A stretch of 58,827 nt of DNA from IMG/VR virus record IMGVR_UViG_3300021500_000001, positions 1-58,827 of that record. One strand, written 5' to 3'. A program made the translations under genes and the position numbers. Each line of letters starts with the position of its first letter. Position 1 is the stretch's first letter. Positions 17,686 to 27,169 of this stretch are shown in pieces. The stretch is from a virus. Lineage: Duplodnaviria > Caudoviricetes. The notes beneath the pieces were generated by a model. It ran no database searches. It was not told where the DNA came from and saw only the letters and a program-made list of their open reading frames with translations.

Positions 17686-18522
17686 ATGGAAATAAAGCAT
17701 GATCTGTATTTAGGGGATTGTGAAGAAATACTAAAAGAATTGTCTGATAATTCAGTCGATTTAATTTTTACTTCACCTCCGTATGTTGACCAAAGGAAAA
17801 AAGCATACGGAGGAATCCATCCTGACGATTATGTTGAATGGTTTTTGCCTAAAGCCGAGCAAATGTTACGCATTTTAAAGCCAGCAGGGACTTTTGTATT
17901 AAATATAAAGGAGAAAGTTGTAAATGGTGAGCGTAGCACTTATGCCATGGAACTCATTATTGAAATGAGAAAACAAGGGTGGCTTTGGACTGAGGAATTT
18001 ATATGGCACAAAAAAAATTGTTATCCTGGGAAATGGCCTAATAGATTTAGAGATGCTTGGGAACGACTATCACAATTCAATAAGCAGAAAAAATTTAATA
18101 TGTATCAAGAAGAAGTAATGGTGCCGATGGGAGACTGGGCAAAAAGCAGATTAAAAAAATTAAGCGAAACTGATAAGAAAAGAGACGAGTCTAAAGTAGG
18201 TAGCGGATTTGGGAGAAATATATCTAACTGGCTCAATCGTGATATGGCATATCCAACAAATGTACTTCATTTAGCAACAGAATGTAGTAACAAAAAACAC
18301 AGTGCTACTTTTCCTGAAGGATTGCCTGAATGGTTTATAAAATTATTTACTAAAGTTGGCGATACAGTTTTGGACCCATTTATGGGCTCAGGAACTACAA
18401 ACATCGTAGCTAATAGGATGCGCAGGAATTCTATTGGTATTGAGCTAGTCCCAGAATATTATGAAATGGTCAAAGCGCTCCACCTGACCGCTGTTCCGCT
18501 GGCGCTTCGTAGCGGCAGGTGA
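17686..18522 (+). CDS. Orphan DNA methyltransferase (beta class, SPPY, likely N4-cytosine); C-terminus fused to attC
   Basis: FTSPPY, HSATFP and VLDPFMGSGTT motifs; last codons (ALHLTAVPLALRSGR) are read through the attC stem. Confidence 0.9.
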   Translation: MEIKHDLYLGDCEEILKELSDNSVDLIFTSPPYVDQRKKAYGGIHPDDYVEWFLPKAEQMLRILKPAGTFVLNIKEKVVNGERSTYAMELIIEMRKQGWLWTEEFIWHKKNCYPGKWPNRFRDAWERLSQFNKQKKFNMYQEEVMVPMGDWAKSRLKKLSETDKKRDESKVGSGFGRNISNWLNRDMAYPTNVLHLATECSNKKHSATFPEGLPEWFIKLFTKVGDTVLDPFMGSGTTNIVANRMRRNSIGIELVPEYYEMVKALHLTAVPLALRSGR

Positions 18523-18537
18523 GCTTAATCGTTATAC
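18471..18537 (+). mobile_element. attC: Integron attC site remnant (R'' box missing)
   Basis: GCTC(C)ACCTG(A)CCGCT pairs with AGCGGCAGGTGAGC leaving two extrahelical bases (G and T on the bottom strand); R' box GTTATAC at 18531-18537. Confidence 0.75.
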
Positions 18538-18610
18538 GATGCCGATACTAAACACGGAAGATATTGAGCACAAACAAATCAAATGATTTTTTATGAAATT
18601 GGAGGTTATT

Positions 18611-18855
18611 ATGAAATACGATTTTGATGGTAAATATAAGCTTGGAAAAGGTTACAAAGGACAATTCACTTTCTCGGTGGTATATTCCCAATTCTGCCAA
18701 AAGCATCGGGAAAAGGAACGAAAAGGGGTAAAGCAGTAGTCCATGTTAAAGGACTTTACTCTGATCCTGATCCGGTATATGATAAAGCAAGAGAAATTTG
18801 CTGGGCTCTTGAAGAGGGAAAATACCAGGGACCAAAAAACGTGGTGATAAAATGA
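18611..18855 (+). pseudogene. Frameshifted small gene
   Basis: GGAGG RBS; MKYDFDGKYKLGKGYKGQFTFSV continues in another frame as GIFPILPKASGKGTKRGKAVVHVKG..GPKNVVIK. Confidence 0.5.
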
Positions 18856-18903
18856 CAAAAATTAAAGTAGGCGATTATATCCTTCCGAAATGGTAGATTA
18901 AAA

Positions 18904-19215
18904 ATGTTTTCTTTAACAGAAATAGATTTGAATTGTCCTTCAAGCCTATCTTTTTCTGCCTCTGATCAGAATGGGTGGACTATCCTCTATGAGCCGGAAC
19001 CGGAGATTATTAAAGAAGATGAAGAAGATTTATGGATGCTCTTCTCAGAATATAGGAAAAAGAAAGCATACATAAAATCATTGTGGTTGGAAACTTTGAG
19101 AAAGAAACAAAAGTTGAATCTGTTTGTAGAGAAAAGAATAATATATTACTTACGATTAATGCTACCAATATCTGGATGGATTTCACGGGCTGGCTACCGC
19201 AAGAAAAGAGACTGA
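18904..19215 (+). CDS. Hypothetical protein
   Basis: ORF only. Confidence 0.5.
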   Translation: MFSLTEIDLNCPSSLSFSASDQNGWTILYEPEPEIIKEDEEDLWMLFSEYRKKKAYIKSLWLETLRKKQKLNLFVEKRIIYYLRLMLPISGWISRAGYRKKRD

Positions 19216-19322
19216 CTTTCTTATAGTTTTCTAGATAACGGAAGTGAAAGATAATTAAGAAATATCCGTTTAAGTAAGTCGATTGGTTGCGGTTTTACCT
19301 TCTGATACAGTATAATACCTTT

Positions 19323-20075
19323 ATGAGTAACATAAAAGGTAAAATAGAGTTAATTACTCATCCTTACTCTTTTAATCTTTTACAAGCACGTATGGATTAT
19401 GCGAGATTAACAGGAACAGAGTTAGTTGAACGGCCTTATTGGTTCAAAAATATAGAGACTAAGCAACTATATTATGATCTGTACGCCTGTCTTGGTTGGC
19501 CTACGGAGGTAACAGACAGTACAAATGGCCTTCCTGGTTATGCTGCTATAGTTGGCGTTGTTCGTCCGAATGATTCAATTACTGATCCACCTGATCCTCT
19601 CAACGCAAACTTTCAGCTTCTTGACGAGGCTGAGTCAAAAGATGTGCCGACATTACTCAAGGAGTGCGTTAGACTTCGGGGAGAGTATGGGTTTGGGGTT
19701 CATAAGAACTTGCTTAGGGTGTGGCTCGGGGACCCGGACCGTTTTTTTACTCCTCTCGCTCTTTATAATGAGGCACTTATTGCTGAGGGCGGAGAAAGGG
19801 CGGCTATATTAATAAGCCCTCCCGATGATTTTTACACCCAAAAGATTTTTGATAATTATGTCCGGGCGCTGAGGTCTACACTCTTAAAGGATACCCAACG
19901 TTTTTTCTTTGGACACAATTATATTTTGCAGAACAGATTAAGGGAATTCAAGAAGGACGATCCTTGTGTTTTTGCGGTTGGTGGTTTGGTATTTTCTCTG
20001 TTGAACCGTGTACGCTGGATGGATACCCTGGGTGAAAATGCCTTTACAGTGAAGGAAGATGAAAATGAATTTTGA
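19323..20075 (+). CDS. Hypothetical protein between TerL and portal
   Basis: About 250-aa ORF preceded by TTGCGG-18 bp-TATAAT. Confidence 0.75.
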   Translation: MSNIKGKIELITHPYSFNLLQARMDYARLTGTELVERPYWFKNIETKQLYYDLYACLGWPTEVTDSTNGLPGYAAIVGVVRPNDSITDPPDPLNANFQLLDEAESKDVPTLLKECVRLRGEYGFGVHKNLLRVWLGDPDRFFTPLALYNEALIAEGGERAAILISPPDDFYTQKIFDNYVRALRSTLLKDTQRFFFGHNYILQNRLREFKKDDPCVFAVGGLVFSLLNRVRWMDTLGENAFTVKEDENEF

Positions 20076-20253
20076 AGAATTTTATATAAAATTAGAGTAC
20101 GATTTTTTTGAGCATATAATGTTTCGTAAAGCATGGGACGCTGGCGCAACCGCCATGTTTAAACGACTCGTTGATCTTGGTTATATTGATCAAAATTATG
20201 AGTCAGATGCTTGGAGGGATGTACAAAGTATATTGGAGAGCGAAAATGGATGA
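20065..20253 (+). CDS. Hypothetical protein
   Basis: Overlapping operonic ORF. Confidence 0.55.
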   Translation: MNFEEFYIKLEYDFFEHIMFRKAWDAGATAMFKRLVDLGYIDQNYESDAWRDVQSILESENG

Positions 20254-20518
20254 ATCGACTTTAATGTTTATTTTTTTGGTAGTAGGATATTTTATGGGTA
20301 TCGGATCGGTTTTCATTGGTGCCTATATACTGCCTAAGACAATGAATGGGGATTTATTCCCGGATGCTTTCTCACCAAAGGGTGATGTCTTCACTGTAGA
20401 TACCCCTGATGACATGGCCCTGTTTCCTGACGATCTTAAAAATGAAGCTGAAGAACATATCTTAAAAAAGACAAATAAATTCCTTGAAAGTTTTGGCTCT
20501 GTTCGGGAGGGTAAATAA
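20246..20518 (+). CDS. Single-pass membrane protein
   Basis: Hydrophobic segment LMFIFLVVGYFMGIGSVFIGAYIL; GGAG RBS. Confidence 0.65.
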   Translation: MDESTLMFIFLVVGYFMGIGSVFIGAYILPKTMNGDLFPDAFSPKGDVFTVDTPDDMALFPDDLKNEAEEHILKKTNKFLESFGSVREGK

Positions 20519-20985
20519 TGTCGATAGGATTAGAAGGTTTTAAGGTCAGATGCATGTCATGTGGAGCAGTTTTTTATGAAACTACTAAAGATTATATTTG
20601 CCATAAACCTTTGACAGGGAATATGCTTAGGCTACTCCCCCTTTATAAGGATTGGCCTACCTATGATGGCTCCTTAGCCGTGGAATCAACAACACGTTTT
20701 CTCATGTTTTGCTCGTCCTGCGGTGGGTATATTTGCCCAAGCGGGAAACTGGATTTTGCGGACTTCCCTGATGAGAAGGTACATACAATATCAGAGGAGC
20801 GGGGCAAACTGGTTTGGCGAGAGGCAGGCGAACCAGTTAAGAAAGCTCATACTTTGCATGATAAGCCAGTGATTGAGCCGGAGGCCAAGCAGCCTATTTC
20901 TGAGGCTGAATTATTCACCCCCGAAGATGTGATTAAAAAGATGGAAAAAGAGGCTTCTTTTTCCGGCAAAAAAAGGCGGAAATAA
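20518..20985 (+). CDS. Zinc-ribbon hypothetical protein
   Basis: CMSCG..CSSCG. Confidence 0.65.
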   Translation: MSIGLEGFKVRCMSCGAVFYETTKDYICHKPLTGNMLRLLPLYKDWPTYDGSLAVESTTRFLMFCSSCGGYICPSGKLDFADFPDEKVHTISEERGKLVWREAGEPVKKAHTLHDKPVIEPEAKQPISEAELFTPEDVIKKMEKEASFSGKKRRK

Positions 20986-21117
20986 ATTATGTCAGATTTG
21001 TTCATACCTGAAAATACAGATCATATTATTATTAGGGTACCTGTAGGTATTCCAGGGGAATTTTTATTTAGATATAAAACTTATCGAATTAATCGAAGTA
21101 AGTAAAGGAAATAAACC

Positions 21118-23076
21118 ATGCCAGCCATAAGTAAAGAATGGTCCCTTTCCAATATACCGCCCAAAGGACATAAAGATGTCGCAGCCTTTGCAAATAATCT
21201 CTTCGAAATCTCCCGTTTAGAACTTGAGAGGCTTGGAAAACATGACGACCTACTCGCCAACTACAGCCTGTACAGGGGCAAAACAGTTGGTGGGACACGT
21301 GGTAAGTCTGTTGGTTTGACGCCGGTTAATCTATATTTTTCCAACATTGAAAGGACTGTGGCAAACATCACGGCCAGAGAGCCGGTTGGAGAGGTAGTTG
21401 ATCTTGATGGCACAGATCAGGATGGGGCAGAGGATATCCTGGACTCCAAGCTGAAGAAGTGGTGGAAGGAGACCAATCAGCAAAAGAAAATCCGGTCTTC
21501 AGCCCGCACTATGGAGATTTATGGTATAACGCTTGAGAAGCCTGGTTGGAATAAAGAACAGGAATGCCCGGATATTGTTATAAGTGATCCATATACCTTC
21601 TATCCTGCTCCCGGATTTTTCGAGAATCTTGACACTGACCTTCCTTTTGTCACTTTTGCTTATTTGAGATATGTAGATGCAGTGGAGTCTGAGTTCAATG
21701 TCAAAAATATAGTACCCGATGAAGCATACGACTTGCTCGGAACAGTAAGGGAAGAATATAAGGGTACAGGTTGCACTGATCTTGATGTCTCCCTTACGGG
21801 CAAATATCAAGACCCGATGACAAAGGCTGACATAGACAGTAAGGGAGCCATAGACAAAAAGCTTGAACGTTGCTTGGTCAAAGAGGTATGGGTAAGGGAT
21901 TACAGAAAGACCAAGGTGAGCGAGGAGCATCCGGTCATTAATCCTGAAACAGGGTTGCCTGAGGTGGACGAAAAAGGGGAAATGATTATTGAGAAAATAA
22001 CGAAGATGGTCCCTGTTTATCCTGACGGAGTAAGGAAGATAACTATTGCCGCTACAAGCGGCGAAGACCATGAGGGTTTCGTTGTCCTGGATGACTGCGC
22101 AAACCCTAATATTAATCCGGCGCTGGATATTGAAATTGCTAAGACTACTCATCCGTGGGGCAGATTTCCGATTTACCACGCAAACAGTTACAAGGACCTT
22201 GTGTCCTTATGGGGATTTGCCGCCGCTGAACAAGTGGGTGATTTGATCGTTAAGATCAATAAAATAATTGCCAGGCTCATTAATTACGTTATCAATGTAA
22301 TGAGTCCGCCGCTTATAATTCAAAAGCATTGTGGTATTACACGTGAGATGATCGAAAACCAACTTAAAAAGTCTGGCCGCTTAATATTAATGCCGACAAC
22401 TCCGAATGCCAGAATCGAATTTATGGATATACCGAGTTTGCCACCCACCTTTTTTCAGGTACTTGAAGTTATAGTCGGTTTCTTCGACAGAGTATATGCT
22501 ATTGAGAGCGCAGATAGGGGTCAGGCTCCGAGGGGGGTAATCGCTGCCGCTGCCATTGTTTCATTGCAGGAGCGAAATCAGGAGTTGATGCAGTCAAAAA
22601 CATCATCGGTTGAGAGTTTGGCGGAGAATAGATCAAGATGGTGCATAGGACTGTATCAGAATTTCGGTGTAGCTTCAGAGTATGTGGAAGTGGCTGACGG
22701 ACCTTCAGAGTTTGTCGGTACTAATTTTGCCGGTCGGAAGTTCAGTTACGTAGTTGAGTCCGGTTCTACTACTCCAAAAACCAGCTTACAGGTGGCCGAA
22801 CAAAGTGTTAAATTATATGGGATGGGAGCTATCGACAGGCAAGCTCTTTTAGAGTCTGTTAATTTCCCTGATTGGAAATCTATAATCGAGCGGGTTGGTG
22901 AGGGTCAATTAGGACAGGCTTTGCAGATATTAATTGACGCAGGTTTACCGGAAGAGCAAGCTATGATGTTACAGCAATATCTTATACAGCCGGGCCAAGG
23001 TCCCGGTGGATCGAATCAAGAAAAGAAAAACATTGAGCCTCAGCCCGGGGAAGCTGGTGCTTCAAAAACTCAATAG
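21118..23076 (+). CDS. Portal protein (P22-like)
   Basis: 652 aa; position between TerL and scaffold; largely helical with G..AAAAI.SLQE and Q/G-rich tail. Confidence 0.85.
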   Translation: MPAISKEWSLSNIPPKGHKDVAAFANNLFEISRLELERLGKHDDLLANYSLYRGKTVGGTRGKSVGLTPVNLYFSNIERTVANITAREPVGEVVDLDGTDQDGAEDILDSKLKKWWKETNQQKKIRSSARTMEIYGITLEKPGWNKEQECPDIVISDPYTFYPAPGFFENLDTDLPFVTFAYLRYVDAVESEFNVKNIVPDEAYDLLGTVREEYKGTGCTDLDVSLTGKYQDPMTKADIDSKGAIDKKLERCLVKEVWVRDYRKTKVSEEHPVINPETGLPEVDEKGEMIIEKITKMVPVYPDGVRKITIAATSGEDHEGFVVLDDCANPNINPALDIEIAKTTHPWGRFPIYHANSYKDLVSLWGFAAAEQVGDLIVKINKIIARLINYVINVMSPPLIIQKHCGITREMIENQLKKSGRLILMPTTPNARIEFMDIPSLPPTFFQVLEVIVGFFDRVYAIESADRGQAPRGVIAAAAIVSLQERNQELMQSKTSSVESLAENRSRWCIGLYQNFGVASEYVEVADGPSEFVGTNFAGRKFSYVVESGSTTPKTSLQVAEQSVKLYGMGAIDRQALLESVNFPDWKSIIERVGEGQLGQALQILIDAGLPEEQAMMLQQYLIQPGQGPGGSNQEKKNIEPQPGEAGASKTQ

Positions 23077-23100
23077 CCTAAGCAAAAATGGATAATTGAT

Positions 23101-23445
23101 ATGGAAAACAGAGTACTCAAAACCGATTGCGCAAATAAAATCACGGTAATGGATGAACCCGGGGCCGGAGGGGCTTGCCATAGATATCTTGTGTCGAAAG
23201 ATCATGTGTCCCTATGTTATGTCAAATTCCAGGAAGGGCCGGTAGGTGAATTTGGTGTTGCCGGTTGTCAGAATGAAGATCTCCTTGCTATTGTGATTGA
23301 CAGGCTTGAATGTTTTCAGGCTGGGCCTTATGCTTGCGAAGAAAATGAGAAGGCATTAAAGAAAATAAGAGAGGGCCTTGCTTGGTTACGCCACCGAACG
23401 GCAGATCGTATCAGGCGAGGCGTTGAAGGAACAAATAAAAAATAG
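23101..23445 (+). CDS. tad1: Tad1-family (Acb2/Tad1-like) anti-defence signal sponge
   Basis: GAGGACHRY..KFQEGP..G..NEDLLAIVIDRL..FQAGPYAC.EN..AL..I.E.L.WL..RT.DRI.RGVEGTNKK closely follows the Tad1 pattern I recall. Confidence 0.85.
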   Translation: MENRVLKTDCANKITVMDEPGAGGACHRYLVSKDHVSLCYVKFQEGPVGEFGVAGCQNEDLLAIVIDRLECFQAGPYACEENEKALKKIREGLAWLRHRTADRIRRGVEGTNKK

Positions 23446-23454
23446 AGAGGTAAT

Positions 23455-23679
23455 ATGGACGAAAAACAAACGGAAAACCAAAAAGAACCAACGATCTTAG
23501 GGACAGTTAATATTCAAGTCTTCAGTGATGGCAATGTAAAGGTTATGGGGCCAATTAATAATCCTGCAATTATGTTCAATATTTTTGGCAGCGCCATGGC
23601 GGCCATGGCCAATCATATTGCAAAGAGTGCGGAGGAAAATCAGGATATACGGAACCCATCAATTGTTTCAATGAACTAA
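23455..23679 (+). CDS. Hypothetical protein
   Basis: GAGG RBS. Confidence 0.6.
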   Translation: MDEKQTENQKEPTILGTVNIQVFSDGNVKVMGPINNPAIMFNIFGSAMAAMANHIAKSAEENQDIRNPSIVSMN

Positions 23680-23691
23680 GGAGGTAAAAAC

Positions 23692-23847
23692 ATGAATGAT
23701 ATTACCCTTGCTATAGTAGTCATTGGTGTATTATCTGTAGTGGCGATGGCCGTAGCCGGATCAGCCGAGATTTTTACAATATTGTCATATACTGTGACTG
23801 CGGTTGGCTCCCTCGCTACCGGGCATACATTAAAGAGGTCTAAGTAG
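23692..23847 (+). CDS. Small two-TM membrane protein, holin-like (51 aa)
   Basis: Translated by hand: MNDITLAIVVIGVLSVVAMAVAGSAEIFTILSYTVTAVGSLATGHTLKRSK; AAGGAGG RBS. Confidence 0.6.
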   Translation: MNDITLAIVVIGVLSVVAMAVAGSAEIFTILSYTVTAVGSLATGHTLKRSK

Positions 23848-23851
23848 AACA

Positions 23852-24130
23852 GTGCCTCTTTATACATACAAGTGCGAGGATTGCGGTCTTGAGATGGATA
23901 GGACCTTCCCTATTAACGATTTCCCACGTGAGGTTGAGTGTATAGCCTGTGGCAGGAAAGCGAAGAAAATACTTTCTCCGACCGCCATCCAGACGGATGG
24001 TAATGTCCCATGGCTTGCCTCGGCCTGCGATACTCTTTTAACTCCCAAAGAAAGAAGAGAAAGGCCAATTACTACCAGGACAGAGTGGAGGGAATGCATG
24101 AAAAGGAAAAATCTTATCCCTATTGGTTAA
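23852..24130 (+). CDS. FmdB-family zinc-ribbon protein
   Basis: MPLYTYKCEDCG..CIACG. Confidence 0.8.
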   Translation: MPLYTYKCEDCGLEMDRTFPINDFPREVECIACGRKAKKILSPTAIQTDGNVPWLASACDTLLTPKERRERPITTRTEWRECMKRKNLIPIG

Positions 24131-24150
24131 AAATGGATACATAAAAATTG

Positions 24151-24180
24151 AAGCCCGCTAAATGCGGGCTTTTTGTTTTT
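24151..24180 (+). terminator. Intrinsic terminator
   Basis: AAGCCCGC-TAAAT-GCGGGCTT followed by a T tract. Confidence 0.85.
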
Positions 24181-24387
24181 CAGACTTATTGTCACCACTT
24201 ATCTTTATCTGGTGCATGGAATAAAAGTCGAATAATGGCGAAATAAAAAAAAATGTGATAAATTTATTATAATAACATTTTATTTCAACTATTGCAAGTT
24301 TTATTTTATTAACCTTAGAGAAGGGAACATCCTTTTGTGACGGCCTACGGGAATAACGTCAACAACAAGAGGCCCCGGAGGAAAGAC

Positions 24388-25191
24388 ATGGAAGACGACA
24401 AAAAAGACATTAAAAGCACTGAAGGCAACCCTGATGAAAATGGTGCAGACGATTATTTTCTCGGTTCTTGGAAAACCAAGGAAGATGCAGAGGAAGGCTT
24501 AAAAAATCTGCAGGGAAAATTATCGGAACAGGGTAATGAGACTGGCATGCTTCGGAGACAAGTCGAAGAGAGTCAGATGTTACTTAGTGAATTACAAGCT
24601 AAGATAGAAGCTGGTGAGAAGGCCAGTAAGCAAGAACCCTCTAGTGTGGAGGAAGACAGTATCAGAAAAGAGCAAGAAAAAATAGACAAGAAAATTGAGG
24701 AGTTAGACCCTATTGAAGAGGGTTACACTTCCAAGCTGATTGCTCTTATTCGTAAGTCAAATTCTCTGGCAGCCGAGATGCAGCACGCCAGAACATTGGC
24801 TGCCGCAACGGAGAAGTTTAAATCGGAACTTGACGAACGGGATATCAGGTCTGCTCATCAATTATTTGAGAAGGAAAATCCTGATTTCAAGACTCCTGAG
24901 ATGCAGGCTAAGATCAGGGAATATATTGCCAATGACAAAACCGGCATGTCTGACGCTTTGGTTGCGTATAGAGAGATACAGAGAGATGAGGCAGCCCGAA
25001 GAGCCAGAGAACTTGAGGAACAGAACGAAGAATTAATGAAACGCCTTAATTTAAAGAAAGGCACAGACGAAACTGGCACTGTTATCCTGAAAAGTCAGGG
25101 GACACAGGGCCAAACAAAACAACCAAAAACAACAGGAGCAGCGAGGAACGCAGGAATGCAAGCTGTTCTCGACAGGATGAGGGCAGCATAA
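24388..25191 (+). CDS. Capsid scaffolding protein
   Basis: Acidic coiled coil directly upstream of the MCP; ATG after GGAGG. Confidence 0.75.
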   Translation: MEDDKKDIKSTEGNPDENGADDYFLGSWKTKEDAEEGLKNLQGKLSEQGNETGMLRRQVEESQMLLSELQAKIEAGEKASKQEPSSVEEDSIRKEQEKIDKKIEELDPIEEGYTSKLIALIRKSNSLAAEMQHARTLAAATEKFKSELDERDIRSAHQLFEKENPDFKTPEMQAKIREYIANDKTGMSDALVAYREIQRDEAARRARELEEQNEELMKRLNLKKGTDETGTVILKSQGTQGQTKQPKTTGAARNAGMQAVLDRMRAA

Positions 25192-25221
25192 CCCCGTTGT
25201 TCTTTATACGGGAGTAATAAA

Positions 25222-26199
25222 ATGAGCTTAATTAATCAGTTAAATGCAACTACCGAATATTACTGGCTTCAGACTGAGCCGGTTGATATTCTCAACAAGG
25301 CTTCTGCCCTGGTGTGGCGCCTTATGGGCAATGCCATAGCTCGGGATAATTGGGAGGTACAGCCCCACGAAATGGTTGACGGAGGGAAGATGGTTAAAAT
25401 CCCTCTTGAGTATGCCAATTCTCATCGTGGCGGGTATGGTGCAACTACCGTAATCGATCAGTCTAAGAAGGATCTCTTTGATGCCGCTCGTTTCCGTTGG
25501 GCCGGTATATATGGCGCCAACTCCCTGAACCTGGATGATCAGGTACAGAACCAGGGGGATGCTGCAATTATCAGCCTTACCAACCAGTATATGAAGAGCA
25601 TTAAGAAGGCCGCCAGGGTCCAGATGGCTGAGGATGTTATTTCCGCCGCCGCTGATAGTACTCGGATTAATGGTCTTGGCGATCTCTTTAACACGACTAC
25701 ATCCACTGAATATGGGAGCATTGCTACTGATGATATGTCGGACTGGAAGGCCAATGTTATTGATACCGTTGAGCCTATCAGCTACGCAGTCATGCAGAAA
25801 ATTTTCCGTGAGGTCGATATGGGTGATCACGCCTGGGCCTTACCGAACTTCATCGTAACCACTGCCCTGCTTAGGGACGGCTATAAACAGAGTCTCCACC
25901 CGCAGCAGAGATATTCTGACAAGGACATGGTTAAAGCCGGATGGCAAAATATCTGGCACGAGAATGCCCCTATCGTCGCCGATCCGTATGTCACTGCCGG
26001 CGAGCTTATGGCATTGAACCTGAATTACCTTTCCTTGAGGAGCCACCCGAAGTTCAATTTCACTACTCCTGTGTGGGTAAGTAAGGAAGTGCTTGGAAAG
26101 CCGGATGACATTTCGGCTAACACCCGCTGGGTAGGTAATCTCTACTGTTCCAACCGGAAAATGCATGTTCTGCATACCAATCTGACCGCACCTGCATAG
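25222..26199 (+). CDS. Major capsid protein
   Basis: 325 aa; GG..VKIPL.Y, INGLGDL, PNFIVTT and PIVADP patterns; follows the scaffold and precedes a terminator. Confidence 0.88.
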   Translation: MSLINQLNATTEYYWLQTEPVDILNKASALVWRLMGNAIARDNWEVQPHEMVDGGKMVKIPLEYANSHRGGYGATTVIDQSKKDLFDAARFRWAGIYGANSLNLDDQVQNQGDAAIISLTNQYMKSIKKAARVQMAEDVISAAADSTRINGLGDLFNTTTSTEYGSIATDDMSDWKANVIDTVEPISYAVMQKIFREVDMGDHAWALPNFIVTTALLRDGYKQSLHPQQRYSDKDMVKAGWQNIWHENAPIVADPYVTAGELMALNLNYLSLRSHPKFNFTTPVWVSKEVLGKPDDISANTRWVGNLYCSNRKMHVLHTNLTAPA

Positions 26200-26207
26200 A
26201 CATAGAT

Positions 26208-26232
26208 AAGGGGTAGCTTGCTACCCCTTTTT
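26208..26232 (+). terminator. Intrinsic terminator after the MCP
   Basis: AAGGGGTAGC-TT-GCTACCCCTT followed by Ts. Confidence 0.8.
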
Positions 26233-26246
26233 AAGGAGTAAATATT

Positions 26247-27149
26247 ATGAGTGAACGAATAGTAACTGTCGGGGGGCCTAATCCTACACGCCTCATGACA
26301 GAATTTACACGTAAAATTGTTGGAGATGAATTTTACGTTGACTACACCAACGGAGATAACGGGAGGTCCGGGAGATCAAAAGAATCATCGGTAAAGACTT
26401 TGGCTTATGCCCTTTCTCTCGCAACCGCTAATCAGGATGACGTGATTTATTTGTTACCCGGACATGCGGAAACAATATCCGCTGCCGCCGGTCTTGCAAT
26501 AGATAAGGCGGGAATATCCATAATTGGCATTGGTAATGGCTCTTTACAGCCAACCTTTACGCTTGATACCGCTACTACTGCTGACATTGATATTGACGCA
26601 GCTAATGTGCTTATTCAGAACGTTCATTTTGTAGCCAACTACGCCGACATTGTGGCTGCAATTGACGTAAACGCCGACGACTTTACCCTTCGTGGTTGCC
26701 GCTTCACTGAAAAGGCAACTAATATGAATGCAAAAATATGGGTACAGGATGCAGCGGCTACGGGTTCTGATCGGATTACCATTGAGGATTGTTACGCAAT
26801 AGCTCGTGATGCGGCCAATACCCATTTTGTGAACTTCGCTGGGACAGGGGACGGGCACATCATTAGACGTAATATCTTGATCGGTGATTGGGGAACCATG
26901 TGTATCGGTGGAGCCGGGGTTATTACTAATTGTGTAATTGTCGATAATGTGATTTCCAACGCTGCATCGGACAATGATTCTTGCATTAACTTGCCAGCCA
27001 CCTCCACAGGGATCGTTATGCGGAACTTGGCATGTGGTGCTGCTGCCCAGGCTAATGGTATAACTGCTACAGCATGTGCGATTGCAGAGAATTATTATGG
27101 CGTCGTGTCCGAGGATCTCAGCGCAATCCTTGAACCGGCAGCTACATAG
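26247..27149 (+). CDS. Beta-helix (pectin-lyase-like) virion decoration/fibre protein
   Basis: FYVD...G.NG.SG.S..S.VKTL..AL and DVIYLLPGH.E motifs; repeated I..N strands. Confidence 0.7.
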   Translation: MSERIVTVGGPNPTRLMTEFTRKIVGDEFYVDYTNGDNGRSGRSKESSVKTLAYALSLATANQDDVIYLLPGHAETISAAAGLAIDKAGISIIGIGNGSLQPTFTLDTATTADIDIDAANVLIQNVHFVANYADIVAAIDVNADDFTLRGCRFTEKATNMNAKIWVQDAAATGSDRITIEDCYAIARDAANTHFVNFAGTGDGHIIRRNILIGDWGTMCIGGAGVITNCVIVDNVISNAASDNDSCINLPATSTGIVMRNLACGAAAQANGITATACAIAENYYGVVSEDLSAILEPAAT

Positions 27150-27169
27150 AAATTAAAGGAGAAAATAAT

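Noticed and set aside
24180-24387. Scaffold 5' leader as a riboswitch or ncRNA
   Set aside because: Only short imperfect hairpins are visible and none match a family I can recognise; an Rfam scan would be needed
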